From Truepera sp. (GTDB taxonomy: Bacteria > Deinococcota > Deinococci > Deinococcales > Trueperaceae): a DNA stretch of 64,000 bases. This document shows positions 8,949 through 19,446 of the stretch, one piece after another. The stretch lies in NCBI GenBank assembly GCA_965218435.1, contig CBDCKW010000005.1, positions 160,001 to 224,000 of the forward strand, in the 5' to 3' direction. Position 1 is the stretch's first letter. Each line of letters opens with the position of its first letter. Below the pieces are notes generated by a model. It saw only the letters and a list, made by a program, of their open reading frames with translations. It was not told the origin of the DNA and did not search any database. Position numbers and translations under genes: made by a program.

Positions 8949-9878
8949 TCAGGGCATCTCCGAGAACCAACGGATGAGCACCCAGTTGACTTCGTCCGGC
9001 TTCTCCTGATGAACGAAGTGACCTGCGTCCAACATGATGGTCCGTGGTTCGGTCTGCGTCCACCCCCCGTTGCGCGCGTGCCCAGAGGCGAGCAGGAAGC
9101 GGTCGTTTCGACCATGAACGATCAGCGTGGGCGCTTGCACTTTGGGTAGCGCTTCGTCGACGGCGTAGGGCGGCCTCGGGTAATTAAGTTGATAGAACGC
9201 GGTGACGGCCTGGTGGTCGGTGCGCGCGTCGGCGGCCAGATAGAGCGGCCAACCGGGCGGGTCGCGCAGCACGCCGATGGGTCCGACGCGAAAGGCGGAG
9301 CGGGCGTCAGGTCGCTGCATCTTCCGAGCGTACGCGCTCGCCTCGTGCTGGGCGGGGTTCGCGGTGAGTTCTTGGGCGAAGGCGTTCGGGTGCGGCACGC
9401 TTAAGACGGTAAGCTTAGCGGTCATCTCCGGGTGCAGGGTGGCAAACAGCCAGGCGACGAGCGCCCCGGAGTCGTGTCCGACGATGTGCGCCCGCCCGTA
9501 TCCCTCTTGGCGAACGACCGCCGCGATATCTTCGACCACCTCGCGTGTGGCGTAGCCCTCCCTCGCCGCAGGCTTGTCGGAGCGGTTGAAGCCGCGCTGG
9601 TCGATAGCGACCACCCGGAAACCGGCCTCAGCCAGCGGCCCTAACTGGTGACGCCACGAGTACCAGAACTCAGGGATGCCGTGAATAAGCACCACGAGGG
9701 GACCCCTGCCTAAGCCGACGTAGTGCGTTCTCACGCCGTCACGTTCGGCGAAACGATGTTCGACCCGTCCGGCGATCCCGCCGAACTGGCGAACCGCGCC
9801 AGTCGCTAAGGCGACCGAGGTCAGCGCGAGACCGACGTAAGTGATCACCCGCACCGGACGCACCTCAGCCCTCGGCAT
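8949..9878 (-). CDS. Alpha/beta hydrolase (epoxide-hydrolase-like); start uncertain
   Basis: HGIPEFWYSW, GHDSG, GHFVH. Confidence 0.85.
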   Translation of the reverse strand: MPRAEVRPVRVITYVGLALTSVALATGAVRQFGGIAGRVEHRFAERDGVRTHYVGLGRGPLVVLIHGIPEFWYSWRHQLGPLAEAGFRVVAIDQRGFNRSDKPAAREGYATREVVEDIAAVVRQEGYGRAHIVGHDSGALVAWLFATLHPEMTAKLTVLSVPHPNAFAQELTANPAQHEASAYARKMQRPDARSAFRVGPIGVLRDPPGWPLYLAADARTDHQAVTAFYQLNYPRPPYAVDEALPKVQAPTLIVHGRNDRFLLASGHARNGGWTQTEPRTIMLDAGHFVHQEKPDEVNWVLIRWFSEMP

Positions 9879-11301
9879 GGAAAGACGGGCGGGCTTGGAG
9901 GGCTCGAACCGCCTCCTCTGAAAGCGCCGGACCGGGAGGCGTGACTTTACGCTGCCAGGTGCCCCCAAGAACCCGCAGCACGGAACTCGGCTTCATGAGC
10001 GCGGTGGGGGGCTCGAGCATGTTGATCATCCGCTGGTAGGTCGTACTTAAAACTTCGTCGTGCAGCGCCTGCTTGAGAAACACGTCACTGTAGCGGTGGA
10101 TGAAGCGGGTGCCAAAACCGGCTTTTGCCCCATTTAGCGTGACGCCTTGCCAGCGCAGGTCCTCGCCCGTGGCGATCATCCAGGGTGCCGCCACCACCTT
10201 AGCGACAGCTCTCTGAACGCGCCGCGCGAAGCGTTCGCCGGTCACATCCGAAGTGGACTGTAAAACCCGCCGAAGCGCGAGTGCTTCCAGCGCCCGTGTG
10301 GAGATGCCCTGACCGTAGATCGGGTTGAAGGCGCACACCGCATCCCCCATGACGACGAACCCGGCGGGACGGCGGGAAAGCTTCTCGAAGCGGCGCAGAC
10401 GGTTTGTCGGGGTGCGGTAGCCCCGGATGGGCGTGAGCGGCTCGGCGACGCGGACGGCTTCAAAGAGACTCGGGTCGGGCAGCTCGCGCACCCAAGCCAT
10501 AAAGCCTGCCTCGTCCGTCGGCGGGTGATGTCCAGCGAACCCCGCGATGGTGACGTGCCAGGTGTCGTGCTCGACCGGCAGGATGAGGCCCGCCCGTGGG
10601 TTGTGCGGCGGACGCCCGTTGATGAGCAGCCCGGCCCACTCGGCAGGAAAGTCGGCGGGCTTTTTGTAAAAGCGCGAGGCGTAGCCGAGGCCGGAGTTGA
10701 TGGTTTCTTCGGGCGGCGCGTCGTACCCTAGCGCCTCCAGCCACTCGGGAGCTTTCGAGGTGCGCCCGCTCAAATCAACGACGAGGTCGGCGTGGTGCTG
10801 CTCGGGTTCCCGCCGGCCGTCCCGGTAGCGCACGTTGACGCCGGTCACGCGGCGCTTGTCGGGCGTGGCAACGAGTTCGGTCACCTCAGCTTGGCTGACG
10901 ATCTTGACGTTGTGGACTGCTTTAAGGCGCTCCCTAACGTGGTGCTCGAGCAGCACCCGGCTTACCCAAGCCCCGTCAACGTCCATCTCATACAGCGGCA
11001 GCTTACCGGCGGGCGACACGATGGCGAGGGACCCTTGGGTGGTCGCGCCCGCTGCTCGCAGGTCCTGCATGATGCCGGGGAAAAGCTCGGCGATGATCTG
11101 CTGACCCCGTACCAGGATGCCGTGCGCATGGCGTGACTGCGGCACGCCGCTGCGGTGTTCCGGAACATCAGGGAAAGCGTCGCGGTCCAAAACCGTCACA
11201 CGCTCGAAACGCTCCGAAAGCACCCGTGCGGCGAGCAGCCCGCCCATGCTCCCGCCGATGACGACGGCGTGACCTCTATCTGCCTTTGTCCTTGTGGTCA
11301 T
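9865..11301 (-). CDS. FAD-dependent oxidoreductase/monooxygenase
   Basis: GGSMGG, GVPQSRHAH, GDAVCAFNPIYGQG. Confidence 0.88.
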   Translation of the reverse strand: MTTRTKADRGHAVVIGGSMGGLLAARVLSERFERVTVLDRDAFPDVPEHRSGVPQSRHAHGILVRGQQIIAELFPGIMQDLRAAGATTQGSLAIVSPAGKLPLYEMDVDGAWVSRVLLEHHVRERLKAVHNVKIVSQAEVTELVATPDKRRVTGVNVRYRDGRREPEQHHADLVVDLSGRTSKAPEWLEALGYDAPPEETINSGLGYASRFYKKPADFPAEWAGLLINGRPPHNPRAGLILPVEHDTWHVTIAGFAGHHPPTDEAGFMAWVRELPDPSLFEAVRVAEPLTPIRGYRTPTNRLRRFEKLSRRPAGFVVMGDAVCAFNPIYGQGISTRALEALALRRVLQSTSDVTGERFARRVQRAVAKVVAAPWMIATGEDLRWQGVTLNGAKAGFGTRFIHRYSDVFLKQALHDEVLSTTYQRMINMLEPPTALMKPSSVLRVLGGTWQRKVTPPGPALSEEAVRALQARPSFHAEG

Positions 11302-11387
11302 CTCATTCTCCGTAGATAGGTGACGGCGTTCGCCGCCTGAGCTTTGATCGTCCTGCTAGACTTTCGCTTGCCTTCCCCTCCCTTTTA

Positions 11388-11405
11388 TAAGTGAGTTATC
11401 ACTAA
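11388..11405. promoter_or_regulatory. Probable TetR operator upstream of the oxidoreductase operon
   Basis: Imperfect palindrome TAAGTGA-GTTA-TCACTAA, similar to the one at 11971. Confidence 0.55.
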
Positions 11406-11436
11406 CATACGAAGAAATAAAAAAGCTACTAGGGAT

Positions 11437-11982
11437 TCAGAAGAATTTATGGTCTATGTGAATGAGCTCCGGGAAATCAATGGCAGTCGCAATCGTCATC
11501 AGCATTCCCTGGGCAAAGAAGGCGCTCACCTTTACGTCCGGGGCGTTAGAAGCACTTTTAACGAACGCGTAAAGCTCCGCGTAACGCTTCCGTACCGTCG
11601 TTCGCACCTCATCGTCGGCGGAGGCAGCGAAACTGTGAAGCAACACTAGCAGCTCGCTGCGGCGCTCCAACAATCCGGCGTACGCCGTCCCCATTGCCTC
11701 AAGCGGACACCCCGTATTCTCTACCAGTGCGCTTTGAAAAGTGTCTTGCACCCGGTCACAGACGCGCAAGGCGCTAACCAAGAAAAGCTCCTTCTTCGTT
11801 CCAAATAGCTTGAAGATGTAGGGTTGCGAGATACCTACCTGCTTTGCGATCCTTTCTGTCGAGCTGCCGTGAAGGCCGTGCTCCGCGAACTCTTCGATGG
11901 CCGCTTCGATGATCGCCTCCCGGCGCTCGTCGGCCCCGATACGTTGTGGAGTGGTCCTTCTAGACACAAGGTTAGTGTACAC
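11437..11982 (-). CDS. TetR/AcrR regulator (true start may be GTG at about 11967)
   Basis: N-terminal HTH: STERIAKQVGISQPYIFKLFGTKKEL. Confidence 0.9.
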   Translation of the reverse strand: MYTNLVSRRTTPQRIGADERREAIIEAAIEEFAEHGLHGSSTERIAKQVGISQPYIFKLFGTKKELFLVSALRVCDRVQDTFQSALVENTGCPLEAMGTAYAGLLERRSELLVLLHSFAASADDEVRTTVRKRYAELYAFVKSASNAPDVKVSAFFAQGMLMTIATAIDFPELIHIDHKFF

Positions 11983-11990
11983 TTACTAAC
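11971..11990. promoter_or_regulatory. Probable TetR autoregulatory operator
   Basis: GTTAGT-GTACACTT-ACTAAC palindrome at the tetR start. Confidence 0.55.
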
Positions 11991-12140
11991 AAATCACGTC
12001 AAGTATTAAGGTAAATGCTAAAGACGATTATTGACTAACTGGTTCGTCCGATTAAAACGATACAAGTCGCGTAGGCAGTTACTCTGTCTGTAATAGGAGG
12101 AATTAGTTGCCACTAGAATGTGAAACTTAGAGGATGAACC

Positions 12141-12174
12141 ATAACGTTATCATCGCGCTCAACTCACCCATTGC
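12141..12174 (+). repeat. Degenerate lox-like site C
   Basis: ATAACGTTATCAT-CGCGCTCA-ACTCACCCATTGC; exact spacer, intergenic, weak arms. Confidence 0.4.
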
Positions 12175-12405
12175 CTCGTGAGATAATGTGGCCCCCTTAG
12201 TATCAGTCAAAAAAGTAGGCACTCGTTATAAGAGAAGCCCCAGCCAATGCCAGAGTATTTAAGAACTAAGTAGGTGCGTAGCAATAACCTGAACCAAAAA
12301 AGGTTCGCAAAGCCTGTTTCAGACGCAAAATCTTCTCTGAAATAGTTTAGGTTTCTTAGACCGAAGCACTTGACAGCCACTCAAGTATCATGATGATGCA
12401 TTCTA

Positions 12406-12435
12406 GGCAGCGGCAGCGGCAGCGGCAGCGGCAGC
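12406..12435. repeat. (GGCAGC)5 tandem repeat
   Basis: Five exact hexamers, intergenic. Confidence 0.9.
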
Positions 12436-12457
12436 GGTAGTGCTACTGCATCTACTA

Positions 12458-12490
12458 AAATTGAACTCGCTTTAGTAGCGAGTTCAATTT
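12458..12490. terminator. Hairpin downstream of the ABC transporter
   Basis: AAATTGAACTCGCT-TTAGT-AGCGAGTTCAATTT, perfect 14-bp stem. Confidence 0.6.
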
Positions 12491-12528
12491 AGGCATTATG
12501 GGCAGTAATTAGCTGACATAACTACAGC

Positions 12529-14295
12529 CTAATTCAGTGCTAAGCCGTACTGCGCGTCGTAGAGGCGGCGATAGAGGCCCTGACGACTCACCAGCTCCTG
12601 GTGCCGCCCCTCTTCAGCAATGCCCGATTCATCGACGACGACGATGCGGTCGGCGTCTTGAATGGTTGCCAAGCGGTGCGCGATGACAAGCGTCGTACGG
12701 CCCCGCGAAAGTTCAGCAAGTGACGCCTGGATCGCCCGCTCGGTCTCGGTATCGAGAGCTGAGGTCGCCTCGTCCAAAATTAGGATGGGTGGGTTTTTAA
12801 GAAACATCCGGGCAATCGCGAGACGCTGCTTTTGCCCCCCCGAGAGCCTGACGCCGCGTTCGCCGATCACTGTGTCGAGACCGTCAGGGAGGGACGCGAT
12901 CACCGCCTCCAGCCGCGCTCGCCGCGCCGCCTCGAGGATCTCTCGCTCGCCGGCGTCTAGGCGACCATAAGCGATATTTTCACGCACGGTTCCAGCGAAC
13001 AAGAACACATCCTGCTGCACCACGCCGATCTGCGCCCGGAGCGAGGCGAGGGTCATATCGCGGACGTCGATGCCGTCGATTGTAACGCTCCCACCCGTGA
13101 CTTCATAAAAACGAGGCAACAGCGAACAAATCGTCGTCTTCCCTGCCCCCGAAGGTCCGACAAACGCAACCGTCTCACCGGTGTGGATGGCCAGATCAAT
13201 TCCCTTTAGCACAGGCTTGCCCCGACCGTAGCCAAAACTTACGTTGTTGTAGCGGATCTCCCCGGTGAGCATGGGTGCAAGCTTTGCACCGGGGAGGTCG
13301 GCAATCTCGGGTACCGTATCCAAAAGTTCACTGTAGCGCCGAAAGCCCGCAATGCCTTTAGGATAGACCTCGATGACCGCGTTGATCTTTTCGATAGGTT
13401 GAAAAAAGATGCCGACCAGTAAGATAAACGAGACAAAGCCGCCCGCGCTCAGTTGGCCTGTGAGCACGAAGTAACTCCCCGCAACCATCACAATCAGCTG
13501 CGTAAGGCGCATGGAGAGGTACGAAAGCGAGGTACTCGCCGCCATGATGCGGTAGGCCTCGAGCTTCGTTTTGCGGTAAAGGTCGTTGTCACGGGCAAAG
13601 AGCCTACGTTCGTGCGCCTCGTTAGCAAACGCCTGTACCACCCGGATACCGCCGACGTTCTCTTCGATCCGGGCGTTGAAATCCCCGACCCGGCTAAACA
13701 GGTCTTGCCAGTTGCGCGTCATCCGCCCCCCGTAACGTGTGGTTACCCAACCTGTAAGCGGCACAACTAAAAGTGTCACTAAAGCCAGGGGCGCATTGAC
13801 AGTAAACATCACGATAAACGCACCCAAGAGCGTCATGATGGCAATAAACACGTCTTCAGGGCCGTGATGGGCGACTTCGCCGATCTCTTCTAAATCTTTG
13901 GTCAACCGGGCGACCAAACGCCCCGTTTTTTGAGAGTCAAAAAACCCGAACGAGAGGCGCTGCAGATGATCGAACGCTTTGCGGCGCATTTCCGTCTCGA
14001 TATTGATTCCGAGCATGTGCCCCCAATAGGTTACGACTACTTTGAGCCCTGCGTTAATGCAGTAGATAACGAGCAGTCCCACCGCCGCTAAGGTGATGAG
14101 CTGCCAATTCTCCCCCGGTAATAGACGGTCGATAAACACCTTGACTGCGATGGCAAAGCCTAGCTCGAGCAGACCTGACGCAACGGCACTTGAAAAATCA
14201 AGATAGAAAAGCCCTCGGTGAGGACGGTAATAGGCAAAAAACCGTTTGATAAGGCTCGTAGGAGCTGAAGGAGGGTGCTGCATATTAGACCTCAC
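12529..14295 (-). CDS. ABC exporter, fused permease/ATPase
   Basis: TM domain plus GPSGAGKT, LSGGQ, ILILDEATS. Confidence 0.92.
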   Translation of the reverse strand: MRSNMQHPPSAPTSLIKRFFAYYRPHRGLFYLDFSSAVASGLLELGFAIAVKVFIDRLLPGENWQLITLAAVGLLVIYCINAGLKVVVTYWGHMLGINIETEMRRKAFDHLQRLSFGFFDSQKTGRLVARLTKDLEEIGEVAHHGPEDVFIAIMTLLGAFIVMFTVNAPLALVTLLVVPLTGWVTTRYGGRMTRNWQDLFSRVGDFNARIEENVGGIRVVQAFANEAHERRLFARDNDLYRKTKLEAYRIMAASTSLSYLSMRLTQLIVMVAGSYFVLTGQLSAGGFVSFILLVGIFFQPIEKINAVIEVYPKGIAGFRRYSELLDTVPEIADLPGAKLAPMLTGEIRYNNVSFGYGRGKPVLKGIDLAIHTGETVAFVGPSGAGKTTICSLLPRFYEVTGGSVTIDGIDVRDMTLASLRAQIGVVQQDVFLFAGTVRENIAYGRLDAGEREILEAARRARLEAVIASLPDGLDTVIGERGVRLSGGQKQRLAIARMFLKNPPILILDEATSALDTETERAIQASLAELSRGRTTLVIAHRLATIQDADRIVVVDESGIAEEGRHQELVSRQGLYRRLYDAQYGLALN

Positions 14296-14434
14296 GTCAT
14301 TGGGTTGCTCTGTCTTGACTTCACTCCACTAGGCGCGGCGTGAAGGTCGTCCTGAACTATACCCCTGTGCGCCAGGCTCATTGAAGAGGCGAGAGCAGTT
14401 CACGACTAGGGTTGAAAATGTCTCTATAGAAACC

Positions 14435-14468
14435 TTTGTGCGACAGTTGCGCTCAAGTACCGCATAAA
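14435..14468 (+). repeat. 34-bp lox-like site D
   Basis: TTTGTGCGACAGT-TGCGCTCA-AGTACCGCATAAA; outer 8 bp are inverted repeats with one mismatch. Confidence 0.75.
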
Positions 14469-14492
14469 ACCAAGCAAAGCATTTGTTACCGG

Positions 14493-15263
14493 TCAACGAG
14501 ACAGCACTGCACGAGCCGCCTCAGTAAGCGTCTCCATAGCTCGGCGGTAGGGACTCGGGCCGTAACTAATACGTGCTACACCGAGGTCTGCAAGCTGTGT
14601 AGGTGAGAGTGTCGTGGGCAAAACCATAATGTTGATAGGTAGCGGTGAACGGTCGCACAGCATCTCGATACTCCGCGTATCGGTCAGCCCAGGCACAAAA
14701 AATCCGTTTGCGCCCGCATCAGCGTACGCTTCGGCGCGGCTTAAAGCTTCCTCGAGGGCCTCTCGGTTGTAATCTGCCGTATCGCGTTTTAAGAAAATGT
14801 CGGTTCGAGCATTTATAAAAAGCCGAACGCCCGCGTACTCGGCGGCTTCACGCGCCGCACGGATACGTTCATGTTGGTCTTCAACCGAGTAGAGTCCTTC
14901 ACCCCCGATAATTTGGTCCTCGAGGTTGACACCGACAGCGCCTGCAGCGATAACTTGGGCGATTGTTTCAGCGACCATCGCCGGTTGCGAGCCGTAGCCG
15001 CTTTCGATATCACAGCTTACAAGGAGATCAACGCCGGCGACGATCCGTTCAAGGTTTTCAAGCAGCAGTTTTAACGGCAGGTTTTCGCCGTCGCTGAAAC
15101 CGTGCGCTGCCGCAACTGACCAGCTACCCGTTGCAAGGGCTTCAGCCCCAGAATCTGCGACTGCTTTGGCGCTGCCCACGTCCCAGACGTTAAACAGTGT
15201 GAGCGGCTTTCCCTTGACGTGTAAACCGTTAAATCGTTGGGCGTAGCTGTTCTGGTTTGCCAT
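14493..15263 (-). CDS. Isocitrate lyase/PEP mutase family protein
   Basis: NVWDVGSA, DIESGYG, GVNLED, FINARTD. Confidence 0.88.
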   Translation of the reverse strand: MANQNSYAQRFNGLHVKGKPLTLFNVWDVGSAKAVADSGAEALATGSWSVAAAHGFSDGENLPLKLLLENLERIVAGVDLLVSCDIESGYGSQPAMVAETIAQVIAAGAVGVNLEDQIIGGEGLYSVEDQHERIRAAREAAEYAGVRLFINARTDIFLKRDTADYNREALEEALSRAEAYADAGANGFFVPGLTDTRSIEMLCDRSPLPINIMVLPTTLSPTQLADLGVARISYGPSPYRRAMETLTEAARAVLSR

Positions 15264-16305
15264 CTTTATCTCCTTTTTCATGCTCGAGCAACCACTCTTT
15301 GCGCGTTATGCCGCCGCCGTAACCACCTAACGCACCATTAGCGCGGACAACGCGGTGACACGGAACAACCAGCACGAGCTGATTGGCACCGTTGGCCTGC
15401 GCCACCGCCCACATTGCCGACGGCTTTCCTACGGTTGCGGCTACGTCGGCATAAGACCGCGTTTCACCGTAAGGAATCTCTCCCAGCGCTCTCCATACGC
15501 TCTTTTGAAACGGTGATCCAAACGTTTTCACTGGCGTCTCAAATGCGCTAAGTTCTCCCTGAAAGTATCTATTTAACTCCTGCTCAATCCTATAGGGGAT
15601 GTTTGTCCAGGGACGATGACTGACTTTGTTTTTGAGTGTAGCTGTTCAAGTTCACGTTCTAAACCACGCCGGTCAACAAACTCGAGTAGATAGAGGGCCT
15701 TATCATCGGCAACCGCAAACATCGGGCCGAGCTGGGTGTCAATCCACGCTGCCTTGAGCACAGCACCGCTATGCTGGCTGGGAGCTTCACCTAAAATACG
15801 TGAGAACGCCTCTCTGAATCCGCTCCCCGACTCGTAACCGGTGCTGAGTTGAGCTCCAATAACACTCTCCCCGGCTTTGATCTGCGCGAGTGCTAGACCC
15901 ATACGCCGAGCCCGCGCGTACGCGACAAAGGTCATGCCGAACCGTTTTTTGAACTGCCGACGTGCCGTAGAAGCGTCTACCACTCACTAGCGCCCGAAAA
16001 TCCTCTTCACGCCAGCGTTTCTCCGGTTCAGCCTCAACTGCATTAACGAGTGTTTGCACCGTTTTGCTCATGTGATTGGGGTGCGATAGCGGGCGGCAGC
16101 GTTTACAGGGGCGGAACGCGGCTAAAAGGGCCTCTTGCGCTGTCCGGTAAAACTCGCAGTTTTCAAACTTGGGCTTTCTAGCAGGACAGGTTGGGCGGCA
16201 GAACACCCTCGTCGTTTTGACACCGACGTAAAAGATGCCCTCGTATTCAGGCTGCTTGGCGAGGAGTGCCTGATAGTAGGTGTGTTTGTCTGCAACGCTC
16301 AGCAT
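15229..16305 (-). pseudogene. ada: Bifunctional Ada regulator/O6-methylguanine methyltransferase, two frameshifts
   Basis: Three ORF pieces: CRPTC...PCKRC zinc domain, AraC HTH, PCHRV; breaks near 15985 and 15590. Confidence 0.85.
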
Positions 16306-16427
16306 AAGTAGTTGGCTCTTCCTTCCTTTCCGCTCCAGGATAAGAGAACCGTAAGCGTTTTGCCGCCGATTTCCAGGCACTGATTTTCGTCTTTGATACG
16401 GTAGATCGGCCCAGGCGCAGTATGAGG

Positions 16428-16461
16428 TATCGGCCCTGAACGCGCTCAATCACCGCACAGG
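16428..16461 (+). repeat. 34-bp lox-like site E
   Basis: TATCGGCCCTGAA-CGCGCTCA-ATCACCGCACAGG; shares GCCCTGAACGCGCTCAAyCACCGCA with site G. Confidence 0.7.
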
Positions 16462-16592
16462 CTAGCCTGAAGTCAAGGGCTTCTCGGCCGTTAACCTAGA
16501 GGTGCTTGAAGCGATGTACAAAGCACGTTATTGCCCGTTCGCATAACATCAGGCGGAATTGAACCGGCACCTGCGAACCCATCCTAAACGTT

Positions 16593-17102
16593 ATGGTGAG
16601 GTTTATGTACGGCTTCGACCCGCTGCGCCTCGAACCGAACGCCTCCCTCAACCGCGTCCGGATCGTAGACTTACCTAACGCCCCGCCGCCCGACTTCGTG
16701 CGCGGCAGAACGGCTCACGAACTGCTCTCGAATGCCGCTATCGCCGCTCGGGTTCGCCAACATGCCTTGGACCTAGGTCTTACTCACGCCGTTGGAACGC
16801 CCGATGCGCCCCTACTGCGGCGGTTCAACGGCTGTTTCGACGCGAAGAACCCAGCGGTGCGGGAGGCCGCGGTCCGGCTCGCCGAGGCTTCTGGACAGGC
16901 GCTCGCAAGCTTCGTGGCGACACTGCACCGAGGCGATGCGGTCAATCGCACCGCCCGGCCCGAATGGGGTGACGACGTCTGGGCACATTGGGCGACGGTG
17001 CGGCGGGTCAAGCTCGGAGGCGGCCTGGTGAGTGGGCAGTTCGGCGACATCATGGCGCGAACGTACCTGCCCGAGTTGGGCGTCCCGGGCGTGCAGCTCG
17101 AG
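16593..17102 (+). pseudogene. Hypothetical protein (ROK-like segment), probably 3'-truncated
   Basis: VKLGGGLVSG; after about 17100 the ORF is the antisense of the convergent gene. Confidence 0.45.
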
Positions 17103-17501
17103 CGTGCTTACCCCACTGAGATTGACGGTGTAGTCTTCGACTTCACGGGTTGTGGTCGGCGGGCTGAAGTTAAACTGCTGACGCACGATCTCCTGTATGG
17201 GCGACCCGCTACGCGGCGACCAGAGCAGCACCAGCTCCTGGGTGCGCTCTCGCTCATGCTCGTCGAACACCATATGGATGCGCCGGAGTTGCTGCGGCTT
17301 GTCGAACAGTAGACGGATGCGCTGCTCCCCGGTTCGTGCGGCGCGCCAGCTGTTCTCGCTGTCAGGTATCAGCGCTGCCTCTACTGGGTGCGCCGGATCC
17401 TCGGAAGTGACCTCGACCTGGGCAAGCCGCTCCAGGTTTAGCCACTCCCCTTCGGTTAGAGAGGGGTTATGTACGTCCTGAGCGAGTACCTTCTTACGCA
17501 T
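17094..17501 (-). pseudogene. Conserved small beta-sandwich (carbohydrate-binding-like) protein, probably 3'-truncated
   Basis: VEVTSEDPAHPVEAAL...WRA...EIVRQQFNFSP...STLEL; then runs antisense to the neighbour. Confidence 0.55.
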
Positions 17502-17634
17502 CGTTCACCTCACGCGAGAATATCGTGCGCCGACCGCCCCTCTCGCGGATTGGTGCCCGGCTCGGTAAACCTCGCCAGCCCGCCGCACCGAACCCAGTGG
17601 AGAACCGTTGGGCGCTTTTGGGAGAGTCACAAGC

Positions 17635-19446
17635 CTATGCACTTGCTTCCCCTTCATCCGCCCAGAGCCGCCGCATCTCCTCGCTCTTGCCGAGCAGGTC
17701 GTCGAGGCTACCCGTCGCTTCGACCCGCCCGTCCTTGAGCAAGATGATGTGATCCGCCTGGCGCAGCACCGAGCGTCTATGCGAGACCGCCAGACATGTC
17801 CGTTTCCGCGCCAGCACCCGTCCCCAGAGCGTCCGCTCTGTCTCGACATCAAGCGCGCTCGAGAGGTCGTCGAAGACTAGCAGCTCCGGCTCGCGGACGA
17901 ACATCCGGGCCGCGGCGGAACGCTGCACCTGCCCGCCGGAGAGCTTAGCGCCTCTCGGCCCAATAGGAGTGTCCAGCCCCTCTTCGAGGGCCGCCACGTC
18001 TCGCTCCATCACAGCGGTATGGAGGGCCGTAGACAGGCTCACGCCGTCTTCAGGGAGCCCCATGAGGATGTTGTCGCGCAGCTTTTCGCTGAACAGGCGC
18101 GGCACTTGCGCGGTGTAAGCACTACGGGGCGGCACGAAGAAGTCGGCCGGATCGTCGACCGTGACGCCGTTCCAGCGGATCTCACCGGCGTCTTTAGGTA
18201 GTAGTCCTAGGAGCACCTTGAGCAGGGTAGTCTTGCCGGATCCGACGCGCCCAGTGATGACGGTCAAGGTACCCCGTGGGATGCTCAGGGTCACGTCCTC
18301 GACGCCGTGCTCCGTCCCCGAGTAGTGGTAGCTGAGGCCCGTGACTGTGAGCACTTCGAGCTTTTCGGGCAGGCGCTGCTGGCTAGGTGAAGCACTCGGC
18401 AACTCACCCCACAGGTGAATCGGGCCGTGCTCGACCAGCGTTCCCGGAGCCGCGCCGGGCATGAGTTCGAGCAGCCGCGTCAGCGAGACGCCCGTCTGCC
18501 GGTATAGCGTTAGGTAGTTCCCGAACATGTTGGTGACGGTCGCCAGCCAGCCGAGGTAGGAGACGAACAGGGAAAAATCGCCCACGCTGAAGCTTGCCTC
18601 TGCCCCCGGTTGGTTTCGCACCATCCCGGCTAGGACCAGGAGCAGCACCCCGGTCGCCAGGTTGGCACTGTTGGTCGAGAGCGATTCGAGCAAACGGCTG
18701 AAGAGCAGGTCCTGCAAGGTAGCCCGGCGGCGCGCTTCGTTGACCCCCCGGAAGTAGCTGATGATGTGGGACCTCGTGCCCGCGATCTTGACTGCTTGGA
18801 CCGCCCCGAACATCTCGCCGAGCAGGTTGGTCACCGCACCGATGGCCTCCTGGTTGGCTTTGCGGTAGCGTTCGATGCGCGTCCCAGCCAGGTTGACGAC
18901 CACCAGCGTGAGTACCAGCGGTATAAAGACGGCCAGCGTCAGGCGGGCGTTGATGCTGGCTAAGACGCTGAGCCCGATGACAGTGACGAGCAGCTGCCCT
19001 ACCGGGTCAAGGGTCCAGCTCAAAAAGTTGGGCAAGGCCCCGACGTCGTCCCGGAAGCGGCTGATGGCCTCGCCCGGCGAGGTCGGCACAGCGCGGGCAC
19101 CGGGGTGCTTGAGGATGCGCGCCAGCAAGTTCTTGCGCAAGAGCGTCGAGACAATCAAGCGCAAGCTGACCTCGGCGGCGACCGCTCCGATGATTGCCGT
19201 CTGCCTGGCGACGGCGATACCGGCCAAAAGCGCAAGCAGCGTCCACAAGCCGAGAGAGACCGTCGCTTCGCCCGTGAGCTTGTCGAACACTTGCTTGACC
19301 ACCAGCCCCGGGAGTAGCGGAAAAAGGTAAAACATAACGCTGGCGAGGAGCCCACTCGTTAGATAGAGCCACGGGCGGTAGCGTGCCAATCGCACGATAT
19401 ACCGCCAGGTGGGTAAGCTAGCGATACTCTCCGTACTGGTGCTCAC
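17635..19446 (-). CDS. ABC exporter subunit (heterodimer partner 2)
   Basis: [13 protein letters not shown], degenerate Walker B VFDD. Confidence 0.9.
   Translation of the reverse strand: MSTSTESIASLPTWRYIVRLARYRPWLYLTSGLLASVMFYLFPLLPGLVVKQVFDKLTGEATVSLGLWTLLALLAGIAVARQTAIIGAVAAEVSLRLIVSTLLRKNLLARILKHPGARAVPTSPGEAISRFRDDVGALPNFLSWTLDPVGQLLVTVIGLSVLASINARLTLAVFIPLVLTLVVVNLAGTRIERYRKANQEAIGAVTNLLGEMFGAVQAVKIAGTRSHIISYFRGVNEARRRATLQDLLFSRLLESLSTNSANLATGVLLLVLAGMVRNQPGAEASFSVGDFSLFVSYLGWLATVTNMFGNYLTLYRQTGVSLTRLLELMPGAAPGTLVEHGPIHLWGELPSASPSQQRLPEKLEVLTVTGLSYHYSGTEHGVEDVTLSIPRGTLTVITGRVGSGKTTLLKVLLGLLPKDAGEIRWNGVTVDDPADFFVPPRSAYTAQVPRLFSEKLRDNILMGLPEDGVSLSTALHTAVMERDVAALEEGLDTPIGPRGAKLSGGQVQRSAAARMFVREPELLVFDDLSSALDVETERTLWGRVLARKRTCLAVSHRRSVLRQADHIILLKDGRVEATGSLDDLLGKSEEMRRLWADEGEASA

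Noticed and set aside
11321..11352. attC-like half site (GACGGCGTTCGCCGCCTGAGCTTTGATCGT); similar hints at about 3745-3810 and 23587-23606
   Set aside because: No complete paired R''/R' boxes were found; at most these are decayed relics.
16532..16547. GCCCGTTCGCA shared between about 7030 and about 16533
   Set aside because: Only 11 bp; it might be an IS end, but there is no partner IR or transposase to support it.
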